IMG/VR virus record: IMGVR_UViG_3300044980_000010
Location: 39,947-103,946 of that record
Strand: one strand, 5' to 3'
Length of the DNA stretch: 64,000 nucleotides
Source of the DNA: a virus
The position numbers were made by a program, and so were the translations under genes. Of this stretch, positions 27,088 through 38,155 are shown in pieces. Each line of letters begins with the position of its first letter. The stretch's first letter is position 1. The notes below the pieces were generated by a model. That model was not told the origin of the DNA and made no database searches. It saw nothing but the letters and a program-made list of their open reading frames with translations.

Positions 27088-29628
27088 TTACTGCTGTAGC
27101 GGAACATACTTCTTCTTGCCGTCTGGTCCCGCCACGGTGTGGCCTACCACTTTTCCGTTCACAACAACCTCGTCCTGCGCGTTGGCCGGAGCGGCTGGTG
27201 TGGTCTTCTCCTCCGCTTTCGGCTTATGGAAAGACACATTGTCAGAGTTACGCATTGCCACCTGATCCAGATAGTTCTGGAATGCAGGGCCTGACTCCTC
27301 AGCGTTGAGGAACGGTTTTGGAATGGTGTGCATCTCAGTCTGAATGATGACTGGGTTGCGAGGGATAGTGCCTTGCGATGCTTTCATGTTGGCGAAGTGA
27401 GCCATCATCGTTGTGTAGTAGTCCGCAATCAGTTGGCGACCAGCAGGACTCAAATCCTGATACTGGTTCTTGGTCAGCGTACCCTTCATCAACTTCTCAG
27501 AGTACCCAGTGACTGGGTGTCCTAGCAGATCATCGAACCCACCAGCGATCAACTTGCTGATGTAGTCGGGCTTCTCTGCGTCCTCTGTGATGGTCGTCAT
27601 CGTGGTGATGTCATCCGGCGTCAGCTTGCCTTCTCCAATGTGTTTCTGATACTGGGTAAGGGCCTTCTGAATCGTGTGGAATGTGCTGTCTTTCTCACGA
27701 TCCTTCTCAGCTTGACCAGCAGAGACTTCGTATCCCTGCTCAGGTGTTAGACCAGCAGTCTTTGCTTCGGCTGTGGTCATTGCCTTGCGTCCGGTGGGCG
27801 TGTCGTAGTAGTACAACTTGCCCTGCATCTTGTTCTCAGTCTTCGCTGCTGACTGTGTGGCCGGAGCGTTTCCGTTCGACCCTAGGTATCCGATTGCTTC
27901 TCGATACTCTTGGTCGTCGATGACTCCGCTGACGTGCGCGGCTTTGATTGCGTCCATCTGCTGGCCGGGATCGGCGGCTTCTGCTGTGCCGATCTTTGCC
28001 AGAGTTTTCTGGAAGGATGCTTTGGCTTCCCCAGCGTTCTGCTTTGGTGCCAGAGCGCCTTTGTAGATGATGTCGCCAGTCTTCTCGTTGTAGAAGGCCG
28101 TCTGTGGCACGCCTTTGAGTTCCCCATCAGCTTTGGGATCAATAGCGCCGCCTGTTACCTGCTTATACCCTGCGGTCTCCAGCTTTTTGTTGGCTGCATT
28201 CTCCGCTGCATTCTGCGCTGAGGCTTCCTTGACTTGCTCACGAGCGCCTTGGGCCTCTACTCCACGGTTAACTTCTGAGCCGGGAATAGTAGACACGATT
28301 GCTGACAAACCGGGAGCGCGTTGCGCCACCATCTCAGCCACATGTCCAATCTTTCCCAACACACCGGGGTGCGCTGACTCTTTGGAACCCCATGGGTGAG
28401 CCTGCTCGTAAGCCAGCTTCGCTTCTTTGATCCGCGCCGCTTGCTCTCGGTACTGTGGATCATTCGACTTCGCCGCCATGTCCATCGCTTCTTGGTAGGC
28501 TTTGTCGTACGTAGCGATCTTTTGCTGGTACGCTTCCTTTCCAGTTGGCGCTGGACCTGTTGGTTCCGGCGACACAATGGGCTTCAGTCCGCCCTGCGTT
28601 GCCGCTCCCTGATTGGGTGCTTTTGGAGCAGACATGTCGTCTTCAAATTTTCCCTGATATGGTGATCCTTGGTTAAACTCTTTTGGAGTTCTCAGGGATT
28701 CCATAGAAGGCATGCCGTTCTTCTGTAGCCACTTATCAGCTAGGATATGTCCATAGGTGACTTTGGGCTTCTCTTCTTTCGGTGCTGGGGATGCGCCTGT
28801 GGCTGTAGACGCGCCCTCTGCTGGGACTTCCTTAGCTCCCTGCTCTGCGGCCTTGGCAGTGGCTTTGTCGTCCATCACCTTGCTGTAGGGCTTCAACTTC
28901 AGAGATGCTTCCCTTAGCATGTCAGGCTGTACATCTGCCGCAACCGGGTTAGATATGTCTCCCTCTGGTGTTTTTAATGGAGCATTATCTATGTTTACTT
29001 TTGTGCCTTTTGGTAGGCGATCTGTATCAGAATACTTTGGTTCTAGGTTGTCGGAGTCTACTGCTTTTATGCCTTTTGGGTTTGGTATTACTCGTCCTTG
29101 GAAGTCTGCTGGGGCACCGTGGTCTTCCTCTGGGTGATCAATGCGGTACTGCTCTGCCTCTTCTGGTGTTAGCACCTTCTCGTCCTTGTGGACTACAGCT
29201 ACCTGATCCTCTGGAACATCTCCTCCACCATCGTACGATGGTAGCGGTTCCTTTAGGCTCTGAGGTATGATGGGCTTCATCGGAGACTTCATTGCTTCTT
29301 GTGCAAGCGATCTTCTAGCCGCTGGTGCAGGAGTTGCCGGGGCTTGAGGAACCTCTACTTGCGTGAGGTTTCCGTCTTTGTCTACATCAAATCGCTTTTC
29401 CCCCGGTCGTGATCCATACTTGTTAAGAGGATCGTTAGCCGAATGAGCAGGCTCAGTTCCCGGCTGCGGTGCCTCTTCTTTAGCAGGCTGGGCTGGCAAT
29501 GTCATGGCGTCGATCTGCTGCTGTTTTTCGCGCAGTGCCATTTGCTCACTCTCATTGGGAGGGATCGACTTCAGCGTAGAGATTGCGTTCTTCGCTGTGT
29601 CTCCTAATTTCTTCAAAACGTCTGCCAT
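27088..29628 (-). CDS. Putative DNA-ejection (internal virion) protein
   Basis: A/P/Q-rich; AGGAG RBS; position; GGGDVPEDQVAVVHKDEKV. Confidence 0.6.
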   Translation of the reverse strand: MADVLKKLGDTAKNAISTLKSIPPNESEQMALREKQQQIDAMTLPAQPAKEEAPQPGTEPAHSANDPLNKYGSRPGEKRFDVDKDGNLTQVEVPQAPATPAPAARRSLAQEAMKSPMKPIIPQSLKEPLPSYDGGGDVPEDQVAVVHKDEKVLTPEEAEQYRIDHPEEDHGAPADFQGRVIPNPKGIKAVDSDNLEPKYSDTDRLPKGTKVNIDNAPLKTPEGDISNPVAADVQPDMLREASLKLKPYSKVMDDKATAKAAEQGAKEVPAEGASTATGASPAPKEEKPKVTYGHILADKWLQKNGMPSMESLRTPKEFNQGSPYQGKFEDDMSAPKAPNQGAATQGGLKPIVSPEPTGPAPTGKEAYQQKIATYDKAYQEAMDMAAKSNDPQYREQAARIKEAKLAYEQAHPWGSKESAHPGVLGKIGHVAEMVAQRAPGLSAIVSTIPGSEVNRGVEAQGAREQVKEASAQNAAENAANKKLETAGYKQVTGGAIDPKADGELKGVPQTAFYNEKTGDIIYKGALAPKQNAGEAKASFQKTLAKIGTAEAADPGQQMDAIKAAHVSGVIDDQEYREAIGYLGSNGNAPATQSAAKTENKMQGKLYYYDTPTGRKAMTTAEAKTAGLTPEQGYEVSAGQAEKDREKDSTFHTIQKALTQYQKHIGEGKLTPDDITTMTTITEDAEKPDYISKLIAGGFDDLLGHPVTGYSEKLMKGTLTKNQYQDLSPAGRQLIADYYTTMMAHFANMKASQGTIPRNPVIIQTEMHTIPKPFLNAEESGPAFQNYLDQVAMRNSDNVSFHKPKAEEKTTPAAPANAQDEVVVNGKVVGHTVAGPDGKKKYVPLQQ

Positions 29629-29641
29629 GATCTCTCCTAGA

Positions 29642-30283
29642 TTATATATTCTGTAAAGCCTTTGCTGCCCCTGCTCCACCTGTGATGTCGCCTGCTACGC
29701 TACCACCAAAGTTAGCTAGCTGTGTAAGTTGGCCCAACCAGCTTTGTCCTTGTGTGGCTTGTTCTGTGGCTACGTCTTCATTCGCTTGTTTCATTGCTCC
29801 AAGCTGTCCGCTGACGTTGGTGCCATACAAACCTTGCATGCCTGCTGCGCCTTGTTGGCGCAACTGTTGAGCGCCCATCACATCCTGCGCTGCGATTCCT
29901 TCTGAAGTGCCTGCGGCAGACTTGGCTTTATCTCGTGCCATTTCGTCCAACGACTTCGTTAGAGTAGTGGCATTGCCTGTACGTGCTGCGTTGGCTTTCA
30001 TCTCTCCCTCTGCCCCACCGAATGCTCCACCTGCGCCAGCTTCTGCATGCGTCAGTAGTTCATTTTGTTGGTTGGGGTCCAGAGAGTGTGTTGCTCTCAT
30101 CTCTTGTGCGAAAAACGGGTTTAGCGTGGCACTCTCAGTGGCTGCATCGGAGCCTAAGTTTCCAGCAAGCTGCTGCGCTTGATTCTCGTTCGCTCTGGCC
30201 GTAGCGTTGTACTGACCCCCGCCTAGACCTAGGAACATCGGGATCACACCTTGAAATAGTAATGCCAAAATCAGTTTCATCAT
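29642..30283 (-). CDS. Putative pilot/ejection protein
   Basis: A/Q/G-rich, hydrophobic ends. Confidence 0.55.
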   Translation of the reverse strand: MMKLILALLFQGVIPMFLGLGGGQYNATARANENQAQQLAGNLGSDAATESATLNPFFAQEMRATHSLDPNQQNELLTHAEAGAGGAFGGAEGEMKANAARTGNATTLTKSLDEMARDKAKSAAGTSEGIAAQDVMGAQQLRQQGAAGMQGLYGTNVSGQLGAMKQANEDVATEQATQGQSWLGQLTQLANFGGSVAGDITGGAGAAKALQNI

Positions 30284-30293
30284 TGAAAGTTCC

Positions 30294-30929
30294 TTAGGAG
30301 ACGTTCCTTTTTGGGCCGGGGGCCGGACGGTCTAGCACAACACCCAGACCGTGACCACCTTGTTGCCCGTTTGGTGCTGCTGTTCCACTACCTGTGGATG
30401 TGAGAAGTGACGTAGCACTTGGGTTGGTTCCACCCGTCATCTTGATTTGAATAGCTCCTCCCAAGTTGCCATGAACTGTGGGAGCACATGGGTCTCCGCC
30501 CGGATATTGTGCATAGGAACGCAAATAATATACGTTTGGGGTAACCCCATCATTTTGGTTGGTGGGCAAATGCAGAAAAGCCGAACGTGAACATCCATGG
30601 TCTATAACATGTGGAGAAGGAAAGTTTGGGTCCGTATCAACTTCGCTGATGTACCTTACACCTTTTGAAATAGCTTGGTTATGGTTTAATGTCCAGTGCA
30701 AAATCTCAGATGGACAAGTCATAACAGAGCCTGACAGAGTGCCCTGAACATTAATACTATCAATACGAGGAGGTGGCGGGACTTTACCCACCGCCGCTAC
30801 ACCTGCATGCTTTGCGACCGCATTGATGGCGTCAATCATTTTACTCAACAACGAGCCATTATAAGGGTCTTTCTGGCTGATAAAGTTTAGCTCTCTACCA
30901 CCCTGAAGCACTTCATTCTCGCCGCGCAT
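30294..30929 (-). CDS. Putative structural protein
   Basis: Position after the nozzle gene; AGGAG RBS. Confidence 0.55.
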   Translation of the reverse strand: MRGENEVLQGGRELNFISQKDPYNGSLLSKMIDAINAVAKHAGVAAVGKVPPPPRIDSINVQGTLSGSVMTCPSEILHWTLNHNQAISKGVRYISEVDTDPNFPSPHVIDHGCSRSAFLHLPTNQNDGVTPNVYYLRSYAQYPGGDPCAPTVHGNLGGAIQIKMTGGTNPSATSLLTSTGSGTAAPNGQQGGHGLGVVLDRPAPGPKRNVS

Positions 30930-30973
30930 GTGTTCTCCTAAATGTGTGGGGAGGGCCTAGCCCTCCCTCGGTC

Positions 30974-33900
30974 TTACATGATGCCAGAGTTGCCTCCACC
31001 TGTTGGGTTGAGGGTGCTCCATGCATCCGCTTTGCCTGTCAACAACAGCTTACTGAGGTTGAACGACGATCCTACCGCGTTCGTAGACACCTCGATAAAT
31101 GCTCTGTTGCCTCTCACGTTGATGGGACGGAAGTAGTCATCCTGCACTGGGTCTACCAGAGGGATGCCAATAGGCACTTTGTACGGGTACTTCGGAGTCA
31201 GCGTGTTAGGTAGAATACGGATGCTCGCGTTCGTAGCCGCACTGTTGACCGTTTGCACGCCTGTGATCGAGGCTTGCAGCACGGTGTATCTCTTTGCGTG
31301 GAATCCGAAGATCGGCAGTGTTGCTGCCTTCGCTGCGTTCACAAACCCATACGTGGTGTACAAGCTGTTGATCGCTACGCCGTCGTCAGACAGTTGGTCT
31401 GTTGATAGTTGATAAATCTTCGAGGAGCCTATACCGTTGCAGATGTAGAGAGGTTGCGACTCTCCGTCTTCTTGCAAGATGAACTCCATGGCTGGTGTTG
31501 CAATCTGCCAGATCGCCCACTTACGTTTCATATCCACTGCTGCCAATGTTCCGAACATCGTGGTGTGGACTTCTGGAGAGGTTACCATCTCCTCGAATGT
31601 TGCCAGACCTTGGTAGTTCATCATCAGCATCACATTAGGTGATGTCGGCGTCGGGTTGTATGGAGCGTTGGGCAACCACTTCACTGAAGGCAGAGCCTTC
31701 CCGGTGGTCGGGTTGGTGCCCGTAGGTAGTGGGATTGCACAGTAGAGACGCTTGCTCACCACGTCGTTCCTAAGAACGATAGTGTTGCCTGCCTCCCAGT
31801 TGATTGCTTCCCAGAGGTTCCACAGTTCTTGTGAAATCTTTGTCGGTTGTCCGCCATTGAATCCGAAGATTCCGTTGCGACATGCCGTTACCATCCACTC
31901 TTCACCTACATCGTAGGAACTGATGCCGATTGTTCCAACCTTGTTGGAGACCTCGTGCAGTCCCCAACCTCCCGGTTCAGAGTTCGGGTTGTCTTGAGTG
32001 GAGTACATGCTGCCAGTCTTTAATAGATACAGAAGATCGTGCAGCACGAATGCACCCATTACAGGTTGAGCGTTTTCTGAAGTTGTGTCGATAACTCCTC
32101 CGGTAGAGGAACCATCAATCGACTCGGGCTGGCCCACATATGAACCGTAGACTTGAGCCTTCAAATATGGCGTAATCGTCTCGAATACTTCGACGCGATC
32201 AATCTCGCAGTCAACTTGGGGACCAGCGTTCTTCAAGTATACCCGCAGTAAAAGTCCTGTGGGCACACTTGTTGCGAATGGCGTCGTTAAAATCGTACCT
32301 TGAAACACTGCAACGTTGCTCGTCATGCTTGCCAGAGGGACTGTAAAAGTTCCGAAAGCAGCCGTCTGCAACGAAGGGTCAGCCAGATCAATAACCAAGC
32401 TACCAGTTGTGCGGCCAGACGGTGCGCTACATGCCACTCTTACTGAGTAGGTCGTAGCAGGCAGAATGATAGGAACCTGATATGCATCTTGGAAAGCCGA
32501 TTGCGAGATCAAGCCGATTGTAGGCTCGATAAAGCTAAGGCTTTGGTTCTGAATATACAGAGACATTCCTGTCACTGTGCTAATCAGAAGGGTTTGATCT
32601 GCTGTGTTGGCGATGTCCCAACCGAGCGGTTGTAGGTTGCCGCCGGGATTTGGAAGATAGCCGCCATCAAAGGTAAGATTGTTGAAGTTGTCAACTTTGT
32701 TCAGTTGCAGGCCATAGAACATTCGCTGTGCGTACGGAACACACCATGCCGAACTTCCTAGTTCGATAAGATTGAACAGATTGTCACCCTGCACGTCTAC
32801 TTCTCTAGAGTTCAGAAGTACGGCATCAGTAAAGCTGAAGTGAACAGGCCCTGTAGTTGTGTTGTCGTTGATGATGGTTGATGTGTACTGCTGAGGTGTT
32901 ATGCCAGCAATGGTGACTGGCTCCTCTATAACATAGAAGTTAGCTCCCGGTACTCCATCTTGTCCTGCCTCCGTAAGCGCAATGCCTCTTGCTATAACAT
33001 TTGGTGGCCCTATGGGGATGAACGACGCTGTGATGAAGTTAGCGTTTTGTGGAACAGTGAAGGTAATTGGTGGAGAAGGTGCCGTCTCATAACCGTTCTC
33101 TGTGATGAAGAAAACCACTCCCTGACGAATGCCAGAACTGATAGGCTGTAGTGCGCCGCCGACGATAGTAACTTGTCCGCCTGAACCAGTCCCGTATATC
33201 GGGTTGGTAGATGTTCCGACTGTAAGTGTTCCGGGGTCGAAGGTGAAGGACGTACCGTAGGTGACTGCGGTGCCGGACTCAGCTTGGAACGCTATTGCTC
33301 CCGGTGGGAAACCGTCGATGTCGAAGGTGCCAGAGCCTGAGCCAATAACGTTTGAGATCACACCTGTGGTGTTGAACACAGATGAGTTCGTACAACCTAA
33401 GATTGTTGCCAACTGCCCAGCGGTTGGTGCCGTTACTCCCGGCGCTGAACCGACTGCGATTGACCACCCATAGGTTGCCACACCAAGCGAAGACATGACG
33501 GTGGACGTGATGTCCAGAGTAGTCTCGGCCAGAGGTTGCACAACCTGCCAGTCAGAGTTCCAGCCTCCCGGAGTAGCGCCTGTGATCTGGAATCCTGCTC
33601 CACTGCTAATACCTGTTATGGCTGTGTCAGTGGTTACAGTTGCCAGTGTGATCTGCCAGCTACCTGTGTTTCCGGGGCCGTTCGGTCCTGACCCTCCGGG
33701 TCCACCGTATCTGGCATTACCAGAAGAGGTGAATTGTACAGTAAGGTAGGGAACACCGTGCACGCCACCAGATTCATGCGGTGGGTGATTCACACCGTGA
33801 CCTGTTAGCAGGTACGTACCGCCTCCAATGATGGGACAATCTGGTGTGAAATAGATGTATGGGTTAGGATATCCTTGCCCAATCAAGCGTAGAAGAGTTG

Positions 33901-35740
33901 GGTCTTCTGGAGAATCTTGCCCAGCGTAGTACACAGTGATGGTATCTCCCGGTGTGCTTGGGTTGCCTTGTGCGCTCCACAGAAGTTCCTGACCGTCGCA
34001 TGACACTGATGGATTCTGCGTGATCGTGGTGATCGTGTAGCTGTACGCCGGGATTGCGGTTCCGGTTACAGATGATCCGGGGTCGTCCGCATGCACCAAA
34101 CTGACTGAGAAAGATGTCAAAGTTGGAGCCGGAGTGCTGAGTACAGAGTATGAGTTTCCATTCAGGTAGCTCACTACGCCTGCAATCGTGTACAGCGATC
34201 CAACTACAGGAGTGAAGCCTGTGTTCGGAGTCGTGAAGGTAACTATGTCTGATGCCAGCACATACGCTGTGATGCTAAGTGTTCCTGTCCCCGAACCAGT
34301 AGATGCCTTGAACTGTGGCGGTGCGCCGGGGCCTACCTGAGACAGAGCGTCAAACGTCAAACCGTTGTAGACTCTCGGTCGATCTGTGCCGATTGATAGG
34401 TCAGAGAAACAGATGTTCTCCTTGCTGTTGAACGTCGCGCTCTTTGCGAACGAGTTTGGCAAGAACCCAGTCTGCAACACAGAAAGTTGATTAGGTAGGT
34501 TGGTTACATCTTCCTGCCACATGATCCCTGTGTCGTCCAGCGCGAGCGTGTATGTCTGTTCGTTGTTTTGTATGTAGGTCTTAACGTAGTTGAAGTTCGA
34601 CAGACCGGGAGTTAGGAACACTTTCAAGTTCGCATTTTGAACGTGAGTATTTCCGTTACCTGTGGCGACTATTTGGTATCCGAAATCAACGTTGTTGATG
34701 TCAGAGAACAACCAAGATGTTCCCCACTGGTCTGTGGGAGAGCCGATGTTTACAGTTTCTGGTGAAACCCCTATTGGACCGAAATCCTCAGGGGTGCCTA
34801 CTGGCACTCCACCTTTCAGCATCTGCACTGTGATATGATTTGCCCCTGTACTGCTTGAGACAGTTAGTGTCACCTGCAACCCCGCGATTCCAGAAGTAGA
34901 AGGAATGGCATAAGAAAAATCCGTAGCTTGCAGTGCATCGGATTGGGCGGTAATCGTGTAGTACACCGTGATGCTGACAGAATTCAGAGAAATCGTAGAT
35001 GTGCCTGACCCAGTAAGAGCCTGCGCTGTGAACAACACTTGGAAGTTGGTGCTGTTCAACAAAGCTAACATAGCTGTCTCACTCAGTGTCCACAGATCAT
35101 TGGCAGCGCCTAGGGTGTAAGATATAGGTATTGCATTTATGTTAGGTGTAAGTTCTTGAACACCTTGCACGACGCCTGCGTTTGCCAAGTTTACCAAAAT
35201 CTTTGTAGTGCCAGTTCCTCCAAATACTTTTGCTTTGAAATTGACCTGAACGCCCTGCACTAATGCTCCGGCTGGAAGACTTGAATTAAGCGCACCTGTG
35301 ATCAAAGGGTTAGATTGCACTGTGCCGCTTGTATGCGTAAGCACTACAGAGGCAAATGAAAAACCTGTACTTAGTGCGTCTGTAGGATTAGACCAACCTG
35401 TCCCTACTGAAGTGGTTGGTATATCTGTGGTGATCACAGAAGATGTAGCCTGAGCAGTTGCAAAAGAAGAGCTACCTAGAACCCCATCCGGGTTAGTCCA
35501 TGGAACTGTGCTTGGGTTAGTGACATCGGTTGCGATGCCAGCCAGTTTGCTTACTGACTCACCAGCGAACGAGTACACAGACTGTAGTCCGGCGCGAGTG
35601 AACACGCTGCCGATGATGAAGTCTACGTCCCAGCACCGAGGGCTGGCACCTTCGGGAAGGTCTTGCGGGTTGCAGTTGGTGATTAGACCGCCCATCGTAT
35701 CCAGTGTGGCAGTGCCCAACTGTTCTAAGTTGTGTCCCAA
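30974..35740 (-). CDS. Large tail nozzle/stabilisation-type protein with inserted beta domains
   Basis: GGLITN..P.DLPEGASP start typical of tail-tube B/nozzle proteins; TTG start with AGGAGG. Confidence 0.6.
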   Translation of the reverse strand: MGHNLEQLGTATLDTMGGLITNCNPQDLPEGASPRCWDVDFIIGSVFTRAGLQSVYSFAGESVSKLAGIATDVTNPSTVPWTNPDGVLGSSSFATAQATSSVITTDIPTTSVGTGWSNPTDALSTGFSFASVVLTHTSGTVQSNPLITGALNSSLPAGALVQGVQVNFKAKVFGGTGTTKILVNLANAGVVQGVQELTPNINAIPISYTLGAANDLWTLSETAMLALLNSTNFQVLFTAQALTGSGTSTISLNSVSITVYYTITAQSDALQATDFSYAIPSTSGIAGLQVTLTVSSSTGANHITVQMLKGGVPVGTPEDFGPIGVSPETVNIGSPTDQWGTSWLFSDINNVDFGYQIVATGNGNTHVQNANLKVFLTPGLSNFNYVKTYIQNNEQTYTLALDDTGIMWQEDVTNLPNQLSVLQTGFLPNSFAKSATFNSKENICFSDLSIGTDRPRVYNGLTFDALSQVGPGAPPQFKASTGSGTGTLSITAYVLASDIVTFTTPNTGFTPVVGSLYTIAGVVSYLNGNSYSVLSTPAPTLTSFSVSLVHADDPGSSVTGTAIPAYSYTITTITQNPSVSCDGQELLWSAQGNPSTPGDTITVYYAGQDSPEDPTLLRLIGQGYPNPYIYFTPDCPIIGGGTYLLTGHGVNHPPHESGGVHGVPYLTVQFTSSGNARYGGPGGSGPNGPGNTGSWQITLATVTTDTAITGISSGAGFQITGATPGGWNSDWQVVQPLAETTLDITSTVMSSLGVATYGWSIAVGSAPGVTAPTAGQLATILGCTNSSVFNTTGVISNVIGSGSGTFDIDGFPPGAIAFQAESGTAVTYGTSFTFDPGTLTVGTSTNPIYGTGSGGQVTIVGGALQPISSGIRQGVVFFITENGYETAPSPPITFTVPQNANFITASFIPIGPPNVIARGIALTEAGQDGVPGANFYVIEEPVTIAGITPQQYTSTIINDNTTTGPVHFSFTDAVLLNSREVDVQGDNLFNLIELGSSAWCVPYAQRMFYGLQLNKVDNFNNLTFDGGYLPNPGGNLQPLGWDIANTADQTLLISTVTGMSLYIQNQSLSFIEPTIGLISQSAFQDAYQVPIILPATTYSVRVACSAPSGRTTGSLVIDLADPSLQTAAFGTFTVPLASMTSNVAVFQGTILTTPFATSVPTGLLLRVYLKNAGPQVDCEIDRVEVFETITPYLKAQVYGSYVGQPESIDGSSTGGVIDTTSENAQPVMGAFVLHDLLYLLKTGSMYSTQDNPNSEPGGWGLHEVSNKVGTIGISSYDVGEEWMVTACRNGIFGFNGGQPTKISQELWNLWEAINWEAGNTIVLRNDVVSKRLYCAIPLPTGTNPTTGKALPSVKWLPNAPYNPTPTSPNVMLMMNYQGLATFEEMVTSPEVHTTMFGTLAAVDMKRKWAIWQIATPAMEFILQEDGESQPLYICNGIGSSKIYQLSTDQLSDDGVAINSLYTTYGFVNAAKAATLPIFGFHAKRYTVLQASITGVQTVNSAATNASIRILPNTLTPKYPYKVPIGIPLVDPVQDDYFRPINVRGNRAFIEVSTNAVGSSFNLSKLLLTGKADAWSTLNPTGGGNSGIM

Positions 35741-35799
35741 GGTATCCTCCTATAAATGTTTGGGCCGATTCTCACGGCCCTTCCTGTCTCTACAGGTGA

Positions 35800-36033
35800 T
35801 TATGCCTGCTGCGAGTTACCTGCGCGTCGGCACTGCACAGGCGACACAATCAACGTCACGTTTGCCTGCTCGCCAACGTTGCCGGGAGTTTCAACAGTCA
35901 GTGTTACCTGATCTGCTGCTCCACCCGTTCCGTTTGCGCCAGAGGTGGCGATTGATGTGACTATGCACCGAACCATAACGTAGTCTCCTACGATGAACGG
36001 TGCTCCGAAGATGTCTCGTTCTTGAACTGCCAT
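35800..36033 (-). CDS. Small SH3/KOW-like protein
   Basis: DIFGAPFIVGDYV...IVTSI. Confidence 0.6.
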   Translation of the reverse strand: MAVQERDIFGAPFIVGDYVMVRCIVTSIATSGANGTGGAADQVTLTVETPGNVGEQANVTLIVSPVQCRRAGNSQQA

Positions 36034-36045
36034 GATCCATCCTCC

Positions 36046-36426
36046 TTACAACCGAATCCAAGTTGCCTTGCCAATGACAACATCGTTCAGAACTCCGGCT
36101 GGAAGAAGCTGACTCTGTGTCAATTCGACTCCTGCGGCAGTGAAAATCTGAATGGTGTCGCTTGGGTAGCAGTAGTGGTACAAATACCCACCCTGCTCGA
36201 AGGAACCAGTGAACACTGAATCCTCACCCTGAATGGTGGCTTGCAAGAACTGCCCTGCCGCCGTGTCAATACTGAGAGAGTTTGCCAGTGCTACGAGTCC
36301 AGCGGGAAGCCCACCAGTGTCGTAGAAATCTGATCCACCAAAAGTCACTTGGAAGAACAGCGAGGTGGTCTTGCTGTCGAACGTCGGCCCACAAACGGGC
36401 GTGAGTGTTACTGAGGCTAATGCCAT
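36046..36426 (-). CDS. Putative virion structural protein
   Basis: YDTGG motif, beta-rich. Confidence 0.55.
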   Translation of the reverse strand: MALASVTLTPVCGPTFDSKTTSLFFQVTFGGSDFYDTGGLPAGLVALANSLSIDTAAGQFLQATIQGEDSVFTGSFEQGGYLYHYCYPSDTIQIFTAAGVELTQSQLLPAGVLNDVVIGKATWIRL

Positions 36427-36497
36427 AATGCACTTCTTTCCCCGATTTACGAGATGGTTCTCGATTTACGGATACTAGGAGAGTCGGACCCTCCCGG

Positions 36498-37211
36498 TTA
36501 TTTCTTCGCAGTCACTTCGACCGCGAAAACTCGATAGAACTCTTTGATCTTGTCCGCAGTGCTGTACTTCGTTCCGCCGTTAGGCTCAAAGTAGATGCAC
36601 CATGCAAACGTCCCCGGCACAGGCTCTCGGCGGATGCGTGTTGCAACCCGTCCCGGCACTGTGCGCTTGTCGATACTTGGTAAGGTCCGGCACACAGTCA
36701 CGTAATAACGAGGATCGCACGTTAGAGTGACCTCGTACTTGTACAGTGTTCCTGCCACCCAGCCTTCGTCGTAGTTGTCATTTGGCAACGGTTCACTTGC
36801 TACCAACTCCATGCCGATCCTGTTCAGCCAGTAGGCGAACCCGCTAGGTACAAAGTATGGGCGCTGCGGGTTTGGTCTGTGTCCATCCGCTCCGGTGAAC
36901 ACATTGTTCTCGTAGCCGGACGCCAGAAGCAGGGCTGGGTCTAAGACCACATCGTCGTCCAGCTTCAGCATGAAATCGTAGCCTTCGGCCACTGCCCACT
37001 TCGCAATGCTCTGTACTTTCTCTGGGAGACCTTGGTATGAGTCGTCGCAGTCCAGAACTACTTCTCCGGGTGAGTAAACTGAGTCTCCGCGACCTAGAAA
37101 GAAGCGCACGTCAGTTCCCTGCGGAACCAAAGGCAACCACGTTCTTCGTATCGCTTCTTGCCACTCTTTTCTTACGTGGCAACTAACTACTGCAATCAAA
37201 CTTCGCGCCAT
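36498..37211 (-). CDS. GT31/Fringe-like glycosyltransferase
   Basis: AIRRTW, RFFLG, DDSYQGLPEK, KLDDD, GFAYWL, DEGWV. Confidence 0.8.
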   Translation of the reverse strand: MARSLIAVVSCHVRKEWQEAIRRTWLPLVPQGTDVRFFLGRGDSVYSPGEVVLDCDDSYQGLPEKVQSIAKWAVAEGYDFMLKLDDDVVLDPALLLASGYENNVFTGADGHRPNPQRPYFVPSGFAYWLNRIGMELVASEPLPNDNYDEGWVAGTLYKYEVTLTCDPRYYVTVCRTLPSIDKRTVPGRVATRIRREPVPGTFAWCIYFEPNGGTKYSTADKIKEFYRVFAVEVTAKK

Positions 37212-38155
37212 GATCCTCCTCCGAAACATCTCCGGTCAAACCAGACGATACTCGGATCGGCGTAAACCTTTCGGAACTCAGCAATCACTTCCTCCGGTGG
37301 AGTGCAGTGGTAGCCTTTCCAAACAAGGTGCATGCAAAACGCAAATGTGCCGGGAGTAGCTTGCACCTCTGTGAACTTGCTTCGCACCAGCCATCCGTCT
37401 TTACGGTGTGCCTCATTTGGCGACACTGACATTCCAGACGGTGAAGGTTCCGTGAGTGGGACAAGAGTTCGTTCGCGTACAGATCGAACCCTTCCGAGTC
37501 GTCCAGCCCTTGGTACTATGTGTTGAACTTCTTTCCAGACGTACTGTGTGTTGAGCGGTGCCTCTTGCGGCATCGGCTCCTCTGGATTGTAGCCTGTGTG
37601 GATGAAGTAGCGATTGTCGTGGAACATGTTTATTCCCTGTTCCCCAAGCACATGCGCTACCCAGCACTCATCGTTGCGACCATGCGCTGGCAAAGCTGCG
37701 TCACGTAGAAGAGCCATGCCTTTGCGACTGACCCAATAGCAGAATCCCCAAGGTGTGATGTACTTGCCTGTGGTCTGTCTGCAATCATTTCGTCCGCAGG
37801 TGCTGCACGTATCTTTGTGGAAATCGCCGTTGTCGCTGCCAACAAAATCATGCTGCTCAAAACCTGAGGCTAGCAACTCCGTGGGCTTGACCACAACATC
37901 GTCGTCGCACTTCAAAAAGTAGTCGTACCCGTTATCGTAGGCCCACCGAGCAACGGCTCTGACTTTTTCAATCAGCCCGTTATAAGTGTCGTCCACAGGT
38001 AAGAAAACCTCGTCGCCATTCATGTGCTCGCAGCCCTCTGTTCCAAGGAAGAACCTGTAGTCCACTCCTTTTGGCAACTGCGTAAGCCACGTCTCTCTGA
38101 TCACATCGCGCATCTGAGATTTGCTATGTGAAATGATCGCAATCAGTGGCTTCAT
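37196..38155 (-). CDS. GT31/Fringe-like glycosyltransferase
   Basis: VIRETW, RFFLG, DDTYNGLIEK, KCDDD, GFCYWVS, DECWV. Confidence 0.8.
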   Translation of the reverse strand: MKPLIAIISHSKSQMRDVIRETWLTQLPKGVDYRFFLGTEGCEHMNGDEVFLPVDDTYNGLIEKVRAVARWAYDNGYDYFLKCDDDVVVKPTELLASGFEQHDFVGSDNGDFHKDTCSTCGRNDCRQTTGKYITPWGFCYWVSRKGMALLRDAALPAHGRNDECWVAHVLGEQGINMFHDNRYFIHTGYNPEEPMPQEAPLNTQYVWKEVQHIVPRAGRLGRVRSVRERTLVPLTEPSPSGMSVSPNEAHRKDGWLVRSKFTEVQATPGTFAFCMHLVWKGYHCTPPEEVIAEFRKVYADPSIVWFDRRCFGGGSWREV

